From: Klebsormidium nitens
Taxonomy: Eukaryota; Plantae; Klebsormidiophyceae
NCBI GenBank assembly: GCA_000708835.1
Contig: DF237307.1
Span: 32,120 to 96,119, forward strand
Reading direction: 5' to 3'
Length of the DNA: 64,000 bases
The notes below the pieces were generated by a model. The model saw only the letters and a list, made by a program, of their open reading frames with translations, was not told the origin of the DNA and searched no databases. How positions within the stretch are numbered: the first letter of the stretch is position 1; every line of letters starts with the position of its first letter. Position numbers and translations under genes: made by a program. This document shows, in pieces, positions 22,564 to 34,100 of the stretch.

Positions 22564-23851
22564 ATGGCCGCTCTAGCGTTGCGGTCGGCTGCTGCTCCTG
22601 CGTGTGCGGCATTGACATTTTCGAGCCCAGCAAGTCCGGCCGGCCAAAGTAATCTCCGAAGTGGCGGGTGCTCCTTCCTTGCCTCCTGTTCCCAGCTTGT
22701 GACGCAGGCTCCTTCGTCTGTGGCTCCACCTCAGCGGCATGCTAGCGTGAGGGCAGCAGATCCTGACCTGGAAGACTTTGAAAAAAGGCTGGAGAGCTTG
22801 CGGAGGGTGCCCCGAGGGGAGGGTGCAAAGGCGCAAAAGCGGAAAGGGGCAGGGGCAGAGGAGCCAAGGAAAGGAGACGACAAGAAGGTATAGGCAGCAA
22901 AATAAAGGCAAAGAGCACATCGTACTGCCCAGAAAGTGCTGCCGATAAGGATCAGGAGTACACATTGTTGCCCTGACATGATTTTTAACACCCTGCTAGA
23001 TGTTGGGAGGTGCAAGTCTAGTGAAGCCTGCTAGACTTGCAATGTGAGGTCTTTGCCAGCAACCCAGGCTTGTGAGAGAGGGTTTTGCAGCACACTATTG
23101 TGGTGTTTGGGCATAGGTACCACCACCATTTCAGGTAGATAGAAGCTTTTAAATTCCTGCTGTTGTCAGCTCCCTGCATGATAGATATCGGGGTAGTCAC
23201 TTCTCAACTCCACTCTCCAACCCACTGCAGGAGGTTTACCTTGAGCCTGTCTCACTGCAAGAGCCTGCAGTCAATGGTGTTCCTTTGAGCCTAGGATTTG
23301 CACCATATGCAGAGATTCTGAATGGGCAGCTGGCATTGCTGGGGCTTGGGGCCCTGCTGAGTGTAGAGCTGTACACGGGGGGAGCATTGGTCAACTTCCA
23401 TGAAGGTACTTCTAGAGCTTCTTGTCAATGGACCTTCGCGCAAGGAATTTATTTATACCACATGGCTGCTGATTGCACCAATCCATTAAGTTGGAGGTTG
23501 CAGCAAGTGAGAGATTGGTGCCATCTCGCCGCTCTTTTTGAAGTTTTTGGAAGTTGCCAGATTACCCCGTGTTCTTCTTTGTCAATCAGACACTTCAACC
23601 GTTCTTGTAGGTTGTTGGAATTGCTTGATTCGGACGGCAATCTTTCAGCAAAAAGTTGCCATCTTGTATCTGATATTTGCTCTTCTGGCTACACCGGTGC
23701 ATTCGATGCACACAATGTACCCACCAATCATGGTGTACTGTATGCAGGTGGGACTATTGGCACTCAAGCCTATTTTATTCTGGGGTTGAGTGCAATGTTG
23801 ATCAAGTTCCAAAAAGAGAAAATAAGTGTATGGCCGGAGGGCAAGAAGTAG
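22564..23851 (+). CDS. Stress-enhanced protein SEP4-like (LHC-like two-helix protein). Exons 22564-22887, 23231-23405, 23748-23851
   Basis: A transit peptide and DFEKRLESLR are followed by VYLEPVSLQEP...LGFAPYAEILNGQLALLGLGALLSVELYTG (LHC ExxNG motif) and QAYFILGLSAMLIKFQKEKISVWP. This matches Arabidopsis At3g12345/SEP4 as recalled. Confidence 0.82.
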
Positions 23852-25308
23852 CTAAAGTAGGCAATCAATAGGGCTATTCTGCATCTCTTGGTGGCTTCGT
23901 AAAGCATATCAAGAGCTGCAGCTTGAATTGGACTGAAGCTGCGTGAAACAAAAAGTTTGGTTGGTGACTTAGATAGCAAGTTCAGTTGCTCACATAAGGT
24001 TCGCATATTGAGTCAGTAACTCGACATATGGGCTGCTGCATGATGTTCTCTTTTGATTGGTTCAGTTTGTAGGAGCATAGCAGCCCATAGACCTGTTGGA
24101 AAGCTGGTGCGCAGGCTCCACATCTTAAGATTCAACAATTCGATGGCCTCAATCTTCCCCACTGTGCATAATAATCTCGGTTGAATGCATCTGGCAAGGT
24201 CTGATGAAATCTGATCCCTTCGACAATTTGAAAGCGCGGGCCGGCCCCAGGCTCACTAGCTAAAGCTATATGATGTGTCAATTTCTGCACGCATACTAAA
24301 TCCTTATATACATGCATATGTAGATCAAACGATCCCTGTTTCCCTATAACTTCAGCGTTCTGTACAGCTATCGTTATATCTACTTAATCAAGCCATACGT
24401 ACAGAAAATTGGCAACGTGATCCTGCAATTATAGGCCCGCGGGCCGGCCCAGGTCATGCTGCGGCATTCCAGTGCAGGGCCCGTCCTGCACTACCCTACC
24501 CCGGAGCTGAACGGGCCCTGCGTGACCAATCGTAGAGCTTGCGTGACACCCATAATCGGATCTAGCAGTTGCAATGATGGCATAATACCAGGCCTAGTAC
24601 GCATTTCTTAAGCACGCATACAGCTGCGACACCAGGCTCGTGCATCAGAAGGAATGCACACGCCTGAAGATCCAATACGGATGCTCTTGTCGCTTCCAAA
24701 ATGGATTGAAATGATTAATACATGCAATATAACAAGATGCGGTCCGAACTATAATCACTGTCACTCAAACAATGCCCATATTGATGGGTCAATTACTTTA
24801 AGCAGCTTTACCTTCCCCACTGAATGAATACTACGCTATGTATGTTCCTTTATCTTCCCCAATAAGATTTACAAGACAAAGCTAGGCTCGTCACAAAGTG
24901 GTTAGCATAATGTATGTGAACTTGTATTTAATTCGATCTGTACAATGATCTATGAAAACGGATTTTGCTCCTGAATCTTTGGGCTACCCAATCTAAGATG
25001 CATTTCGCAAAGAATGATCACCATCAACGTGGCTCTATATCTAGCTTGCCTAGGTTCCTGCGCAGCTCTTCTACTCGGCTGTCGAAATCAACGGACAAAT
25101 CTGTACATATGTTCCTTCAAGCGGCTCGCATCAATCTTATCGAAAGTCTTTCATTTGCGGAAAGGACTCGCAGGGGGTATCCGTGTGCTTGCCAGTCACA
25201 TAATACAAGGTCTGAGCGTTGCATACGTAAGGATTCTTCAGACCGCATTGCTAAGATCCACCAAACGACCCTCCAGCAATGTCTCGAAATTCGACACCCG
25301 TCAGATCC

Positions 25309-28300
25309 TCAAGCAAGCCCCAACGTCGAACCTACGCGACGAAGCAACTCGTGCCTGAAAGAGTGGAGCCAAAGACCACTTCAGAAATCGACGTGAGAGA
25401 ATCGGACTGGGTCAGCTAGGAAGTGCAGATTCCACTGCTAAACAAGCCTCGTAGCCAGCCTGGTAGACAGTCGTGCCCGGAACGCGGTGGCTATGCAAGC
25501 ACGACCAGAGGTGAGGACTTACTGCAAGCGCGCCCTGTCCGTGCCTGCCTGCATGAGCATGCCCTTGTTCTCCTGCGCCCTCCTGGTCATGACCAACGCA
25601 CAGATTGATGACGACCGGAAGAGTGCGCATGTTGCACACAAGCGATTGCATCGCAGTGCCAAGAAAAGCAAAATCGAGGACAAAGCGACAGTTCCTCAAG
25701 ATTGACAGGAAAGAACCCCCCAATCCTAGCAATCCTCTCAAGATAAGGCGAAAGGACGAAGAGCAAAACTTTCATCAGGATAAGCGCTGATATTGACACC
25801 GTGCACATCAGCCCTCAACCTCTGTCATCTAGGAAACAATCCACTGAACGAGATAGTGCTCTTACCTGATCAAGTAAGGCACTGCACAGATGAGACGTGA
25901 CGTCAGATAACAGTCAACCCTTGTTCGCAGATGTGGAATCGCATAGCCTCCAAAGAAAAAAGATTCGCGATCAGACCGCAGGGCCATCTACTGGATCTAC
26001 TCGCTGCAACCGGGCGAAGCAGACCCGACACAGGCTGCTATGCTCGACTACAACGGGCAGACAGTCATCGTGCCCCCACTCACTGACAGCATCCAGCGAG
26101 GCAAACGGGATGAGCTTGGACGCGTTGAAGCCCGAGCGTGCCAGTGCGAGTGAAAGGCCGTCAGCCATGCCCTGCAGGGGGGGCAGCGGGCAGTGGTGGG
26201 GTGAGGCAGCAGGTGGGGGGGCCGGACAGGGGGTCAGAACATCAAAAGTGTGTCGTGGCTTCCGACGCACTCATGGGCAGCGCCAGCCTGTAAGAACCGT
26301 CGTGTGTGCGTCGGTGAGTGTGAGTGTGTTTGCAATGGCCGTGACATTGTTTGAATTTCGCGGAGAACCCTGAGGAGGGGTCGTGGTGCCATCTGCAAGC
26401 GGCCGAGTGCGTGAGTGCGGGGCATGGGGACTAATTGACCGGTCGTGAGGCTGTACCACAAGGGGGCCCGCCACTCACTCGTGTCTTCCAGACTTCCAAA
26501 CGGGTGCAGCTTGCTGCACAGATAGCCCGCCTGTCCGATCGCAAGCGAGAGCGCATCGGCCATCCCCTGCAGCAGAAAACGGTCTCGAGCGAGTGGGTCC
26601 TTTGCGGAGACACGGGAGCCGGGGCTTCGACTTTGCCCCAGGTTGAGGAAACGGAAAGGGGGCCGTGTGTCGGCGGAAACGGCTAGGGGCGAGGAGGGCC
26701 GCAATCTGTGCACGCCGCACTCCAAACTGCTGTCCGACACATTGCTGGGCTGCCTGTAAGACGGTGCCTGTCTCACCACTGACTCTGGCTTCGTAATGAA
26801 ATATCTGCCCCGCTCAGCACAGCGTTGCCATTGCATACTTACAAGCGAGTGGCAGAAGAACGACGGACAGACAACTCTTGACCAGCAAGGATCGGCCGAA
26901 GTCTTGAAACAAAGCTTGCTCCACCAAGATAGGTGGCTCCAGCGACCTCGTGAAAGCGACCTCGCAGCATCCTCCGCCACAACTCCCACGGGACACCCCT
27001 TTGCATGAGGGTCTTCAGCCGCGTCGATGGCTGGCTGCCTCCGGAGCTTTGCCGAACATGCACTCCCTGGAGCGTGTGGCGGGCTGTGTGCTGTTTGCTC
27101 ACCTTGAGCTGTGCGAACTGCAGGCGCTCGTCCTTGCGCGCCAGGCCCAGGGCGTCCGCCGTGCTGATGGCGCGCCGCACGGACGCCGCGTTGTGGCTGG
27201 CCAGCACTACCTGCACCCACACCACCACCGCTCAACTCAGCGGCCATGCCGGAGCCAGCACATCACACGTGTCCCGCGGCTCATCCTCGTGCACACAAAC
27301 GTTCCCACAATTGCAGCGCAATTTGCCGTTCGACTTTGAAAGCGGCTGGCACGGCATGCCCGCCATGGCCTCTCCCCAGACCTCTGTGAGGGGCTTACCG
27401 CATTGCTTTTGGCGCTCTTCGCTGCGGTCTCGAGCATGAGGCGCGCACAGCGATCGTAGTTGGCATGCGTGGCCTCGATCCCGGCCTGGATGGGGGTCTC
27501 GTAGCTGCCCGCTGCCGCGCGCTGTGTCTCCTTCACAATGTACGCACCTGCAGGCAGCAAGGTCAACCAGGGGCGGCAGGAATGAGGCCAGCGATGTGTC
27601 GTGAGCAGGGGGTGCTGACACAGGTTTGCGAGGCCATCAAGGCACCAGCATGACAAGCAACCAGCGCAAATACCGACTGCCCGCATACGCGTCTTCATGT
27701 GATCAGTATTAGAGGAGTGGAGACGTTAGCTGCCCCCTCAGTTATCATGACATCCTAGGAGACGAGCCCAGAGCAGCCGGCTGCGCTGACCTCTGACGAG
27801 CTTGGCCGCAAAGCCAACGTTGGCGCTGCGGGCGGCCTGGATGGCCAGCTGGAGGCGGGGCAGCGTGTCCTTGAGGTAGCACTGGAACGTGTTCACCACC
27901 AGCGGGAAGTCGTGATTGAACTCCAGCGCAGCCACACCCGCCAGATAGTCAATGGCAGGCTGCAACAACGTGCATACGGAGACTGTCAGCAGAGCTAGAC
28001 ACCCCAGTCGACCGCAGTTAGAGCAGGGCATGCTCAGAACAGATCCAGCATTGTGGCAGGGCACAGCTCAAACTCATTGCTCTTGCTCCCGCTTGGTGGT
28101 GCGGCGAGGCATAGAAGGTACCTGGACGGAGAAGTACTCGGCGTCGATGAGCAGGGGCAGGTGCAGGTCATGGCACGCCCGGCACACCGCGCGCAGCCGC
28201 TCCAGGCACTCCTCCAAGCTCTGCACCTCTTCAGGGGACAGCGGGGCAGGCTCCGCTGCAGCCAGGCACAAGGGACTCAGTCGCTGTATCCAGCAGAGGT

Positions 28301-30024
28301 GAGGCCCTAAGAAGACAGCTGCTATGCGTGAGAGTCACCAGCGTATTTCTACGACGCCGAGATCCAAGCGCGTCCAAGCATTTGATGGATTCCTGTAAGA
28401 ATTGTTTCGGACCCCTCCATTTCAGGTGCCTTAGGCCCTGGCGCTCACCCTGGGCGGGGAGGATGCTGCCGGGGGCCAGCACGGGGAAGGAGGGCCGCTT
28501 CCAGGGGAGGTCCACCGATGGGTGCTGATGCTGCCAGCGCAACAGGGCACTGCCACAACAACGACAACAAAGAAGGGGGCCTCAGGCAGAGTCAGGAGAA
28601 TGCTTGCAAAAATTCCTTCAATAAGGGGAAAGGACTTCTGACAGAGCGCTGTTTGAGAGTGCTAGCAGGACTGAAACTAACCATGCCAGCTGACTCCAGT
28701 GGTGTTAGACACAAGGTGGCGCCAACTAACCTCGCTCGCTCCAAGACAGGCAGGGGCACAAACGAGGTGATCTTGACAACGGAATGGCTGGAGCAGTGGC
28801 GTGGTAGGGCGGCCACATGGCGCAGCGTCTCCAGGTTGCCAGCCAGGTTCTTGTCACAAGTAGCCGCGTCCATCGCATCCTCAACACTGCAAAAGCAAGG
28901 AAGAAAAGATCTCAACGGCAACTCACCTTGCAACTAAGTTCAGTTGACCCCTGTGTGGTCAACAACCCTCTAAAATATTGGCGCCAGCAGTTGTCATTGA
29001 GCAGAAACCGAAACATCACCACATAACTTATGCCTTCATAAGCCTTGCAAGAAAGCGACCAATCAACCAATATTATGTAAACCTCATAGTCGTGCTCAAA
29101 GTAAAAAACTGGGAGATCCTCAGCTTTGTGCAGGAAATGACATGACTCGCTTTTGCCGCGCACCTGTAATCCAGGATGCTCCTCAAACCCAATTCTGAAG
29201 TTCTCAAAAGGGTCGCTTTGGCCTCCTCAATTGTGCCTCCTGCGTGGATTCGAAGTGAAGTGAGAGATGGGGTCCGACAACATGCAAAGGCAGGCCAGCA
29301 GCTTGCACAGGACATGCCAACCGTATCTATGACGTGGAATTCGATCCCTGCGATTAGATGCCTTGCCTGAGTTCCAGGGGCGGCCAAACCCCACCTGAGA
29401 AGCAGGCCCCTATAGGACTGCCACCTGCTACCCGACAGGGTTGACAGGGATGCAAGAAGACGCTTGGGCCACCGCATGAGAAGTGAGCCTTCAAAGGAAC
29501 ATCACTCCCTTTCTCAGACCTCTCGGACCACGACCTCCATAAAGAAGCTACATAATCGTGTGCCGGCACTTACCCGCACAGAAGTGAGAATATGCTGTCC
29601 TCCGCACAACCCAATTCACAGGTGCTGCAAACAACTTGTTCTTCATAAGGTCTGACATCAGTAACTTTGAGCTTGCATCCACCATGAGCGAACTTCCCAC
29701 CAATGACAGATTAAACACCCCTTTTGCAAGTTCTCCTGTGCTGAGGGCAGAGTAAAGTCTCTCAGTGTCCTCCAAATTCAAAGGATCTGCGGAGCAGGCC
29801 GCCTGATCTGCTGCTTGAAAGGACCCTGATCCAAAATCGTCAAAGGACGCTGTTCCCACTGGCCCTAGCTTGGGTGCGGTACTCTCAGGGGCAGGCTTTG
29901 AGGCCACCAACCCTCCATGGATGTCCCTGCGACAGCAATCAATGATTCCAACGCGTGGGCGGACGTGGCGAGCAACCTGCACCTCCAACAACTTTCCCAG
30001 ACCAGCCATCGGACCGGGAGCCAT
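25309..30024 (-). CDS. PRODH: Proline dehydrogenase (mitochondrial PRODH family). Exons 30024-29574, 29239-29164, 28886-28731, 28549-28449, 28255-28122, 27959-27791, 27547-27399, 27210-27103, [26566-26479 OR 26171-26084], 25881-25866, 25582-25523, 25354-25309
   Basis: Contains YSHFCAG, SVVKITS, LLIDAEYFSVQPAID, NTFQCYLKD, KLVRGAY, HANYDRC, VLASHN, QFAQLKGMAD, PYLIRRAQENKGM and QHELLRR*. Every junction is GT-AG and frame-consistent. The start could be 30024 or 30009. Confidence 0.95.
25866..25881 (-). other. PRODH: PRODH 16-nt microexon (A|TG CCT TAC TTG ATC AG|G = MPYLIR)
   Basis: Flanked by tgtgcag and gtaaga. It supplies the otherwise missing conserved PYL motif and restores the frame into RAQEN. 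Confidence 0.9.
26084..26171 (-). other. PRODH: PRODH alternative exon B (88 nt, GMADGLSLALARSGFNASKLIPFASLDAV + 1 nt)
   Basis: Acceptor ctgcag after a pyrimidine tract, same length, phase and donor (gtgagtgg) as exon A; 16/29 aa identical to A. Confidence 0.88.
26479..26566 (-). other. PRODH: PRODH alternative exon A (88 nt, GMADALSLAIGQAGYLCSKLHPFGSLEDT + 1 nt)
   Basis: Acceptor ctgcag, phase 0 in and phase 1 out, donor gtgagtgg. Confidence 0.88.
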
Positions 30025-31120
30025 GAATGCTGCCAGCGCTACGATAGTGAAGCATTGACTTTGGAGATGCACCAAGAAAGTGATCCTGTTCTGCATGCGC
30101 GGGCGCCTCTTTGCAATTCTCTTCTGTACCGGTACGTCACTCACTTGGAAATTAGGGTTTGGTCATGGTGGTCTCTCGCTGTAGGTTTGAGTATTTGCCG
30201 ATACGAGAGAGACCGATACGACCGTAGATTGACAAGACGCTGGAGGTCGGCCTCGAGGCTCGACCGTCCGATAGGATCAGCTGCGACCTCTGGGGGGCCG
30301 CAATGATCTGTCGACACAAGGTATGTTGACACAAGGTATGTTGCTATGTAATTGGCATTGCATGATCTTTCTTCCCCATTTCCTCAGCCCCTTCGAGTAT
30401 AATTTATATGATGCTTCCACCATATCTACCAGATGTCCGAGTCAGATGACAGTGTACTTGATCAGTGTAATACTGTAAAAGCTCATGGCAAACTTGCCTC
30501 GTGATAGCAGCTACCTAATTCAGATGGAACATGCAACGTCGAACTTCGACATGGGCCGGGATTCGTTTTAGACCCATGTTGAATAATTGGTGGCTCGCTG
30601 TCAGTTCAAGCACTGCCTAGTTCGGGCCGGGCCCGTTAACCACCACTGCGGGGCTGCAAAGACGATTGAGCAATCGATCTGCCAGTAAAGTCACATGTGG
30701 CAGGGCCTCCGTAGCCGGAGCCACCAAGATGATTAGGCATCGCATGCATATAGTGACTAGATACGGTAGCTTGTACGAAACATGCATAAAAAATCAGCCA
30801 GTGCATTGTTGACCGTCCTACATGTTAGGGCCGCGCATGGCAATGTAGGTACGTACATCACAGAATGATGTGCTACTAAGTTCGAGCTCACGTGTGCAAG
30901 ATCTTACTAGTTCCACGGTTTCCTCGGATGAGAACACGATGGAAACGAGGCAAGGTCACCATTCACCACAAACAGTCTCGAATAAGCAGAACATAAAGTT
31001 GGGCCGGAGATTTAGTTGACCCGAGAAGCTTGGCACGAGTGGAGCAGATACGAGTCGAGTTCACTCATGTTCATGCTCTCTGTAATCAGGTTGAGGCTTA
31101 AAAGAGGTGGCACCGTTGTT

Positions 31121-34100
31121 CTAGCCAGCATTCAAGTGTCGTTGTCTCGTCTCCTCTTTCCTTAACCCCTCCTGCCTTCTCTCTCGATAGAAGCTCCGCG
31201 TTCTAAGAGCTAGCCAGCCATTGACTACGCTGCCGAGCGCACACACTCCTGCCAGGATCAGGAAGGTGAGTCGAAAACAATGCGCCCCGCTACAGGTGGG
31301 TGGACAGTCTGGTCGAAGAGCCGGCGCTCTCCCTCCCCGGCTGCCCGGCTCCGCCGCTACAGCTGACGCCCAAGCCCCTGCACGAGATGCCCGGGCCTGC
31401 CTCTTGGGCCGTCCTCCATGCAGACCCCAGCTCTCGTCCGGTTTGCCTTCAACGGCCAGCATGAAAGGCGTGGTAGCTGTGCTAACTAGCTTCCGGCTGA
31501 GCGTGCAGCTGCCGCTGGACTCGGCCGGCCAGGCCGCTCGTCGTTGTCGCCTGGCCTCCTTGTCGTAGATCCAACCTGTTCACTCACCGTTATCAAACAA
31601 CTCCCTCTACTTCGACTGGGTTGCTGTGAAACTTGTGGACGGCCACTTGAAGGCTTCACGTCCTTGATACGGCCGCGGAGTTAGAGAGCGAGGGGCAGAC
31701 CTGCTGCCTCCGGGCAGAGTCCCGCTGGTGGCAGCGCGAGGCTGGAGTACGGGGCGTCACCTGCTAGGCGTGCCGAGAGGAGGTACGTGGAGGCGGGGCT
31801 GCCCATGGCGAGCACGTTGTAGAGCGTGCCGAAGTGCGCCAGCCCGAACAGCTCGCTGGCCGTGGCGGCCATGAGCGCCCACTGCCCGCCGTACGTGACG
31901 CCGGCCAGCACCGAGCCCACGTGGAGGCCCCCGGGGACGGCGGCCGCGAAGGAAAGGTGCCCTGGAGCACGAGCCAAGGCAGCAACGGAGCAGACTCGCC
32001 AGCTGGAGGCTCACTCCAATTTTTGATGTCAGATGGATTACCGAAGAGCAACTTTCAACGATCTACATCTCGTTAGCAACCAAGCGTTCAAAAACACAAA
32101 ATGGAGAAAGCGTGTGAGCAACGTGGCGAGATATATCAAGCCGCTGCCTCTCCCTTGCTGTGCGAGGCTCACCCGCTGCCATGGCCGCCTGGACGAAGAG
32201 CAGGAAGAGGGGCCGCGGCGCCCCCCGCTCGCGCACATAGTACTCGGAGACGGCCCCGCCCGCGATGCGCCCGAGGAAGCTCCAGACGTTGACCAGCCCC
32301 ACCAGGACGCCCACGCTGCGGGCCTGCCCGAGAGCAGCCCCGACCTGGGCCAGGCTGCGCACACGCACCACAAGGGCGGGCTCAACACACGAAAGAAAGA
32401 AATCACGGGGCTTGGATCCAGTTCAGGATTCCGAGAGTTGCCACTGAAATACTGATCAGGCAGACGGAGCTTCGGGTTTGGATCCACGAATGGGGTCCTT
32501 GTGGTGACCCTTACTCGATGCCCCGATGCCCAGAACTCAAAGACCGAGCTGTCCAAACATCACGAACAGGTTAGTTCGTGCGGTCTCGGGCGTCGGTCTC
32601 TTATTGTGTGCATAGGCCCAATGTCGCCACGGGTTGGGCCTTGAGGAAACACGTAGTCAAATGTACTTCAAAGACAGCAACTTTCAATTACCAGATTTCG
32701 GAAACTTTATTCAGGGCTGGGGTTCGCATGAAAGTCTGGTGCCAAGAAACTTCATTTCAAATCAAGGAGTGCCTTCCCTGCGGACCCATGACAAGGTAGG
32801 CGTCATCAAACGCAGCACTGTGTAACGCATGAGCTTTTTCTACCGCTATCCAAACAAAAGCTCCCAAAAATTTCGATGAGCATGATTAGGTGCCTCCATC
32901 TGCTTCAAATCAAACAGAATAGGAGCTGGCCCTCACTTGTTGATGGCGGTCAGGCCGCAGCCCGCTCCAATGATCTGCGACGTGCAAAGCAGCCAGAAGT
33001 CCGCCCCCTGTACCGCTTGCCCCAGCGTGTGGTCCGAGCCCCGTGCGGGCCTTGTACTCTCGCGCACTTGGGCCCCACCCTCAGCGCTCTCCGCTTCCGT
33101 CGACCTGGCTGCTGCATGGGGCTCTGTGCTTCGCAGGCCGCCCCTCCTGTCATTTGTTTCCACCACGGAGCGGCTATCCCAAGGCCCGGGCATGAGCTGC
33201 GCATGCACGCCCTCTGTGTTCCTCTGCCCCGCTGCCGTGTGGCCCGTTCCGTCCTCGAGCAGGTTCTGCGCTTCCGGCTCGTTTGCCTCTTGCCGTCTGA
33301 GCCAGGCGCGCAGTGAGACGAGGGCGGGGGCGAAGAGCAGACCCAGGATGCCCGCGGTCAGACCGGCGCTCAAGCGCATGCTGCCGGGCAGCAGCTCCTG
33401 AGTGGACAGCAAACGTGCAGTATGCAGAACGAAGGGCCTAGAATTGTCGGCGGAGGGCAATGGGTGCCGCACCATGCATCTTGATCAACAATCTATGCCA
33501 GTATTGTCTTTAAACCGTGGGTGATTGGGCATGCTAGCAACTGGGCAGGACGGTTTAAGCCGCCACTGCCGTTGTTGCGGCTTGTGGCTCACCCGGGCCA
33601 GCATGGCGGCCAGCAGGAGGGCGGCCAGGAGCAGGCTCGCCCCGTACAGGGCCAGCAGCGTGGACGTCTCCTGCGCGGGCTCGCTGTCCTCATCGCCAGC
33701 TGGCGGCTGCTCTCGAACTAGAGGGGACAGCAGGACCGCCACCACCGCCGGCAGCACCGCAATCAGTAGCAAAAAGGAGACCTGCACAAGACAGCCAGGA
33801 ACCTGTCGCGACGAGGGGTGCATGGCTTGTCTCGCAGGCATGCTGGGGTGGCACAATGTACGGACCCTCGCAAGGCATCAACAACTTGAGTGGGACTGCC
33901 TTGACAAGCACTACTCTTTCAATTCGCTTCTCGACTTCTGGAGGCGATTGTCCAAGCAGAGGCAGCAGCTGAGAAACAAACAGCTCTACAGTTCACTTTC
34001 AATGTTTCATCAGACATGCAGGGGGCTGAGCGACCTGATCCGGCGAGTAGAGCACGAGGTAGAGCTGTGTGAAGATGGCGCCGCTGAGGCCAATGAAGCC

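Noticed and set aside
25487-25705. Apparent small plus-strand gene with a gtgagg...cag intron
   Set aside because: It is the antisense of a PRODH exon (25582-25523) and its flanking introns.
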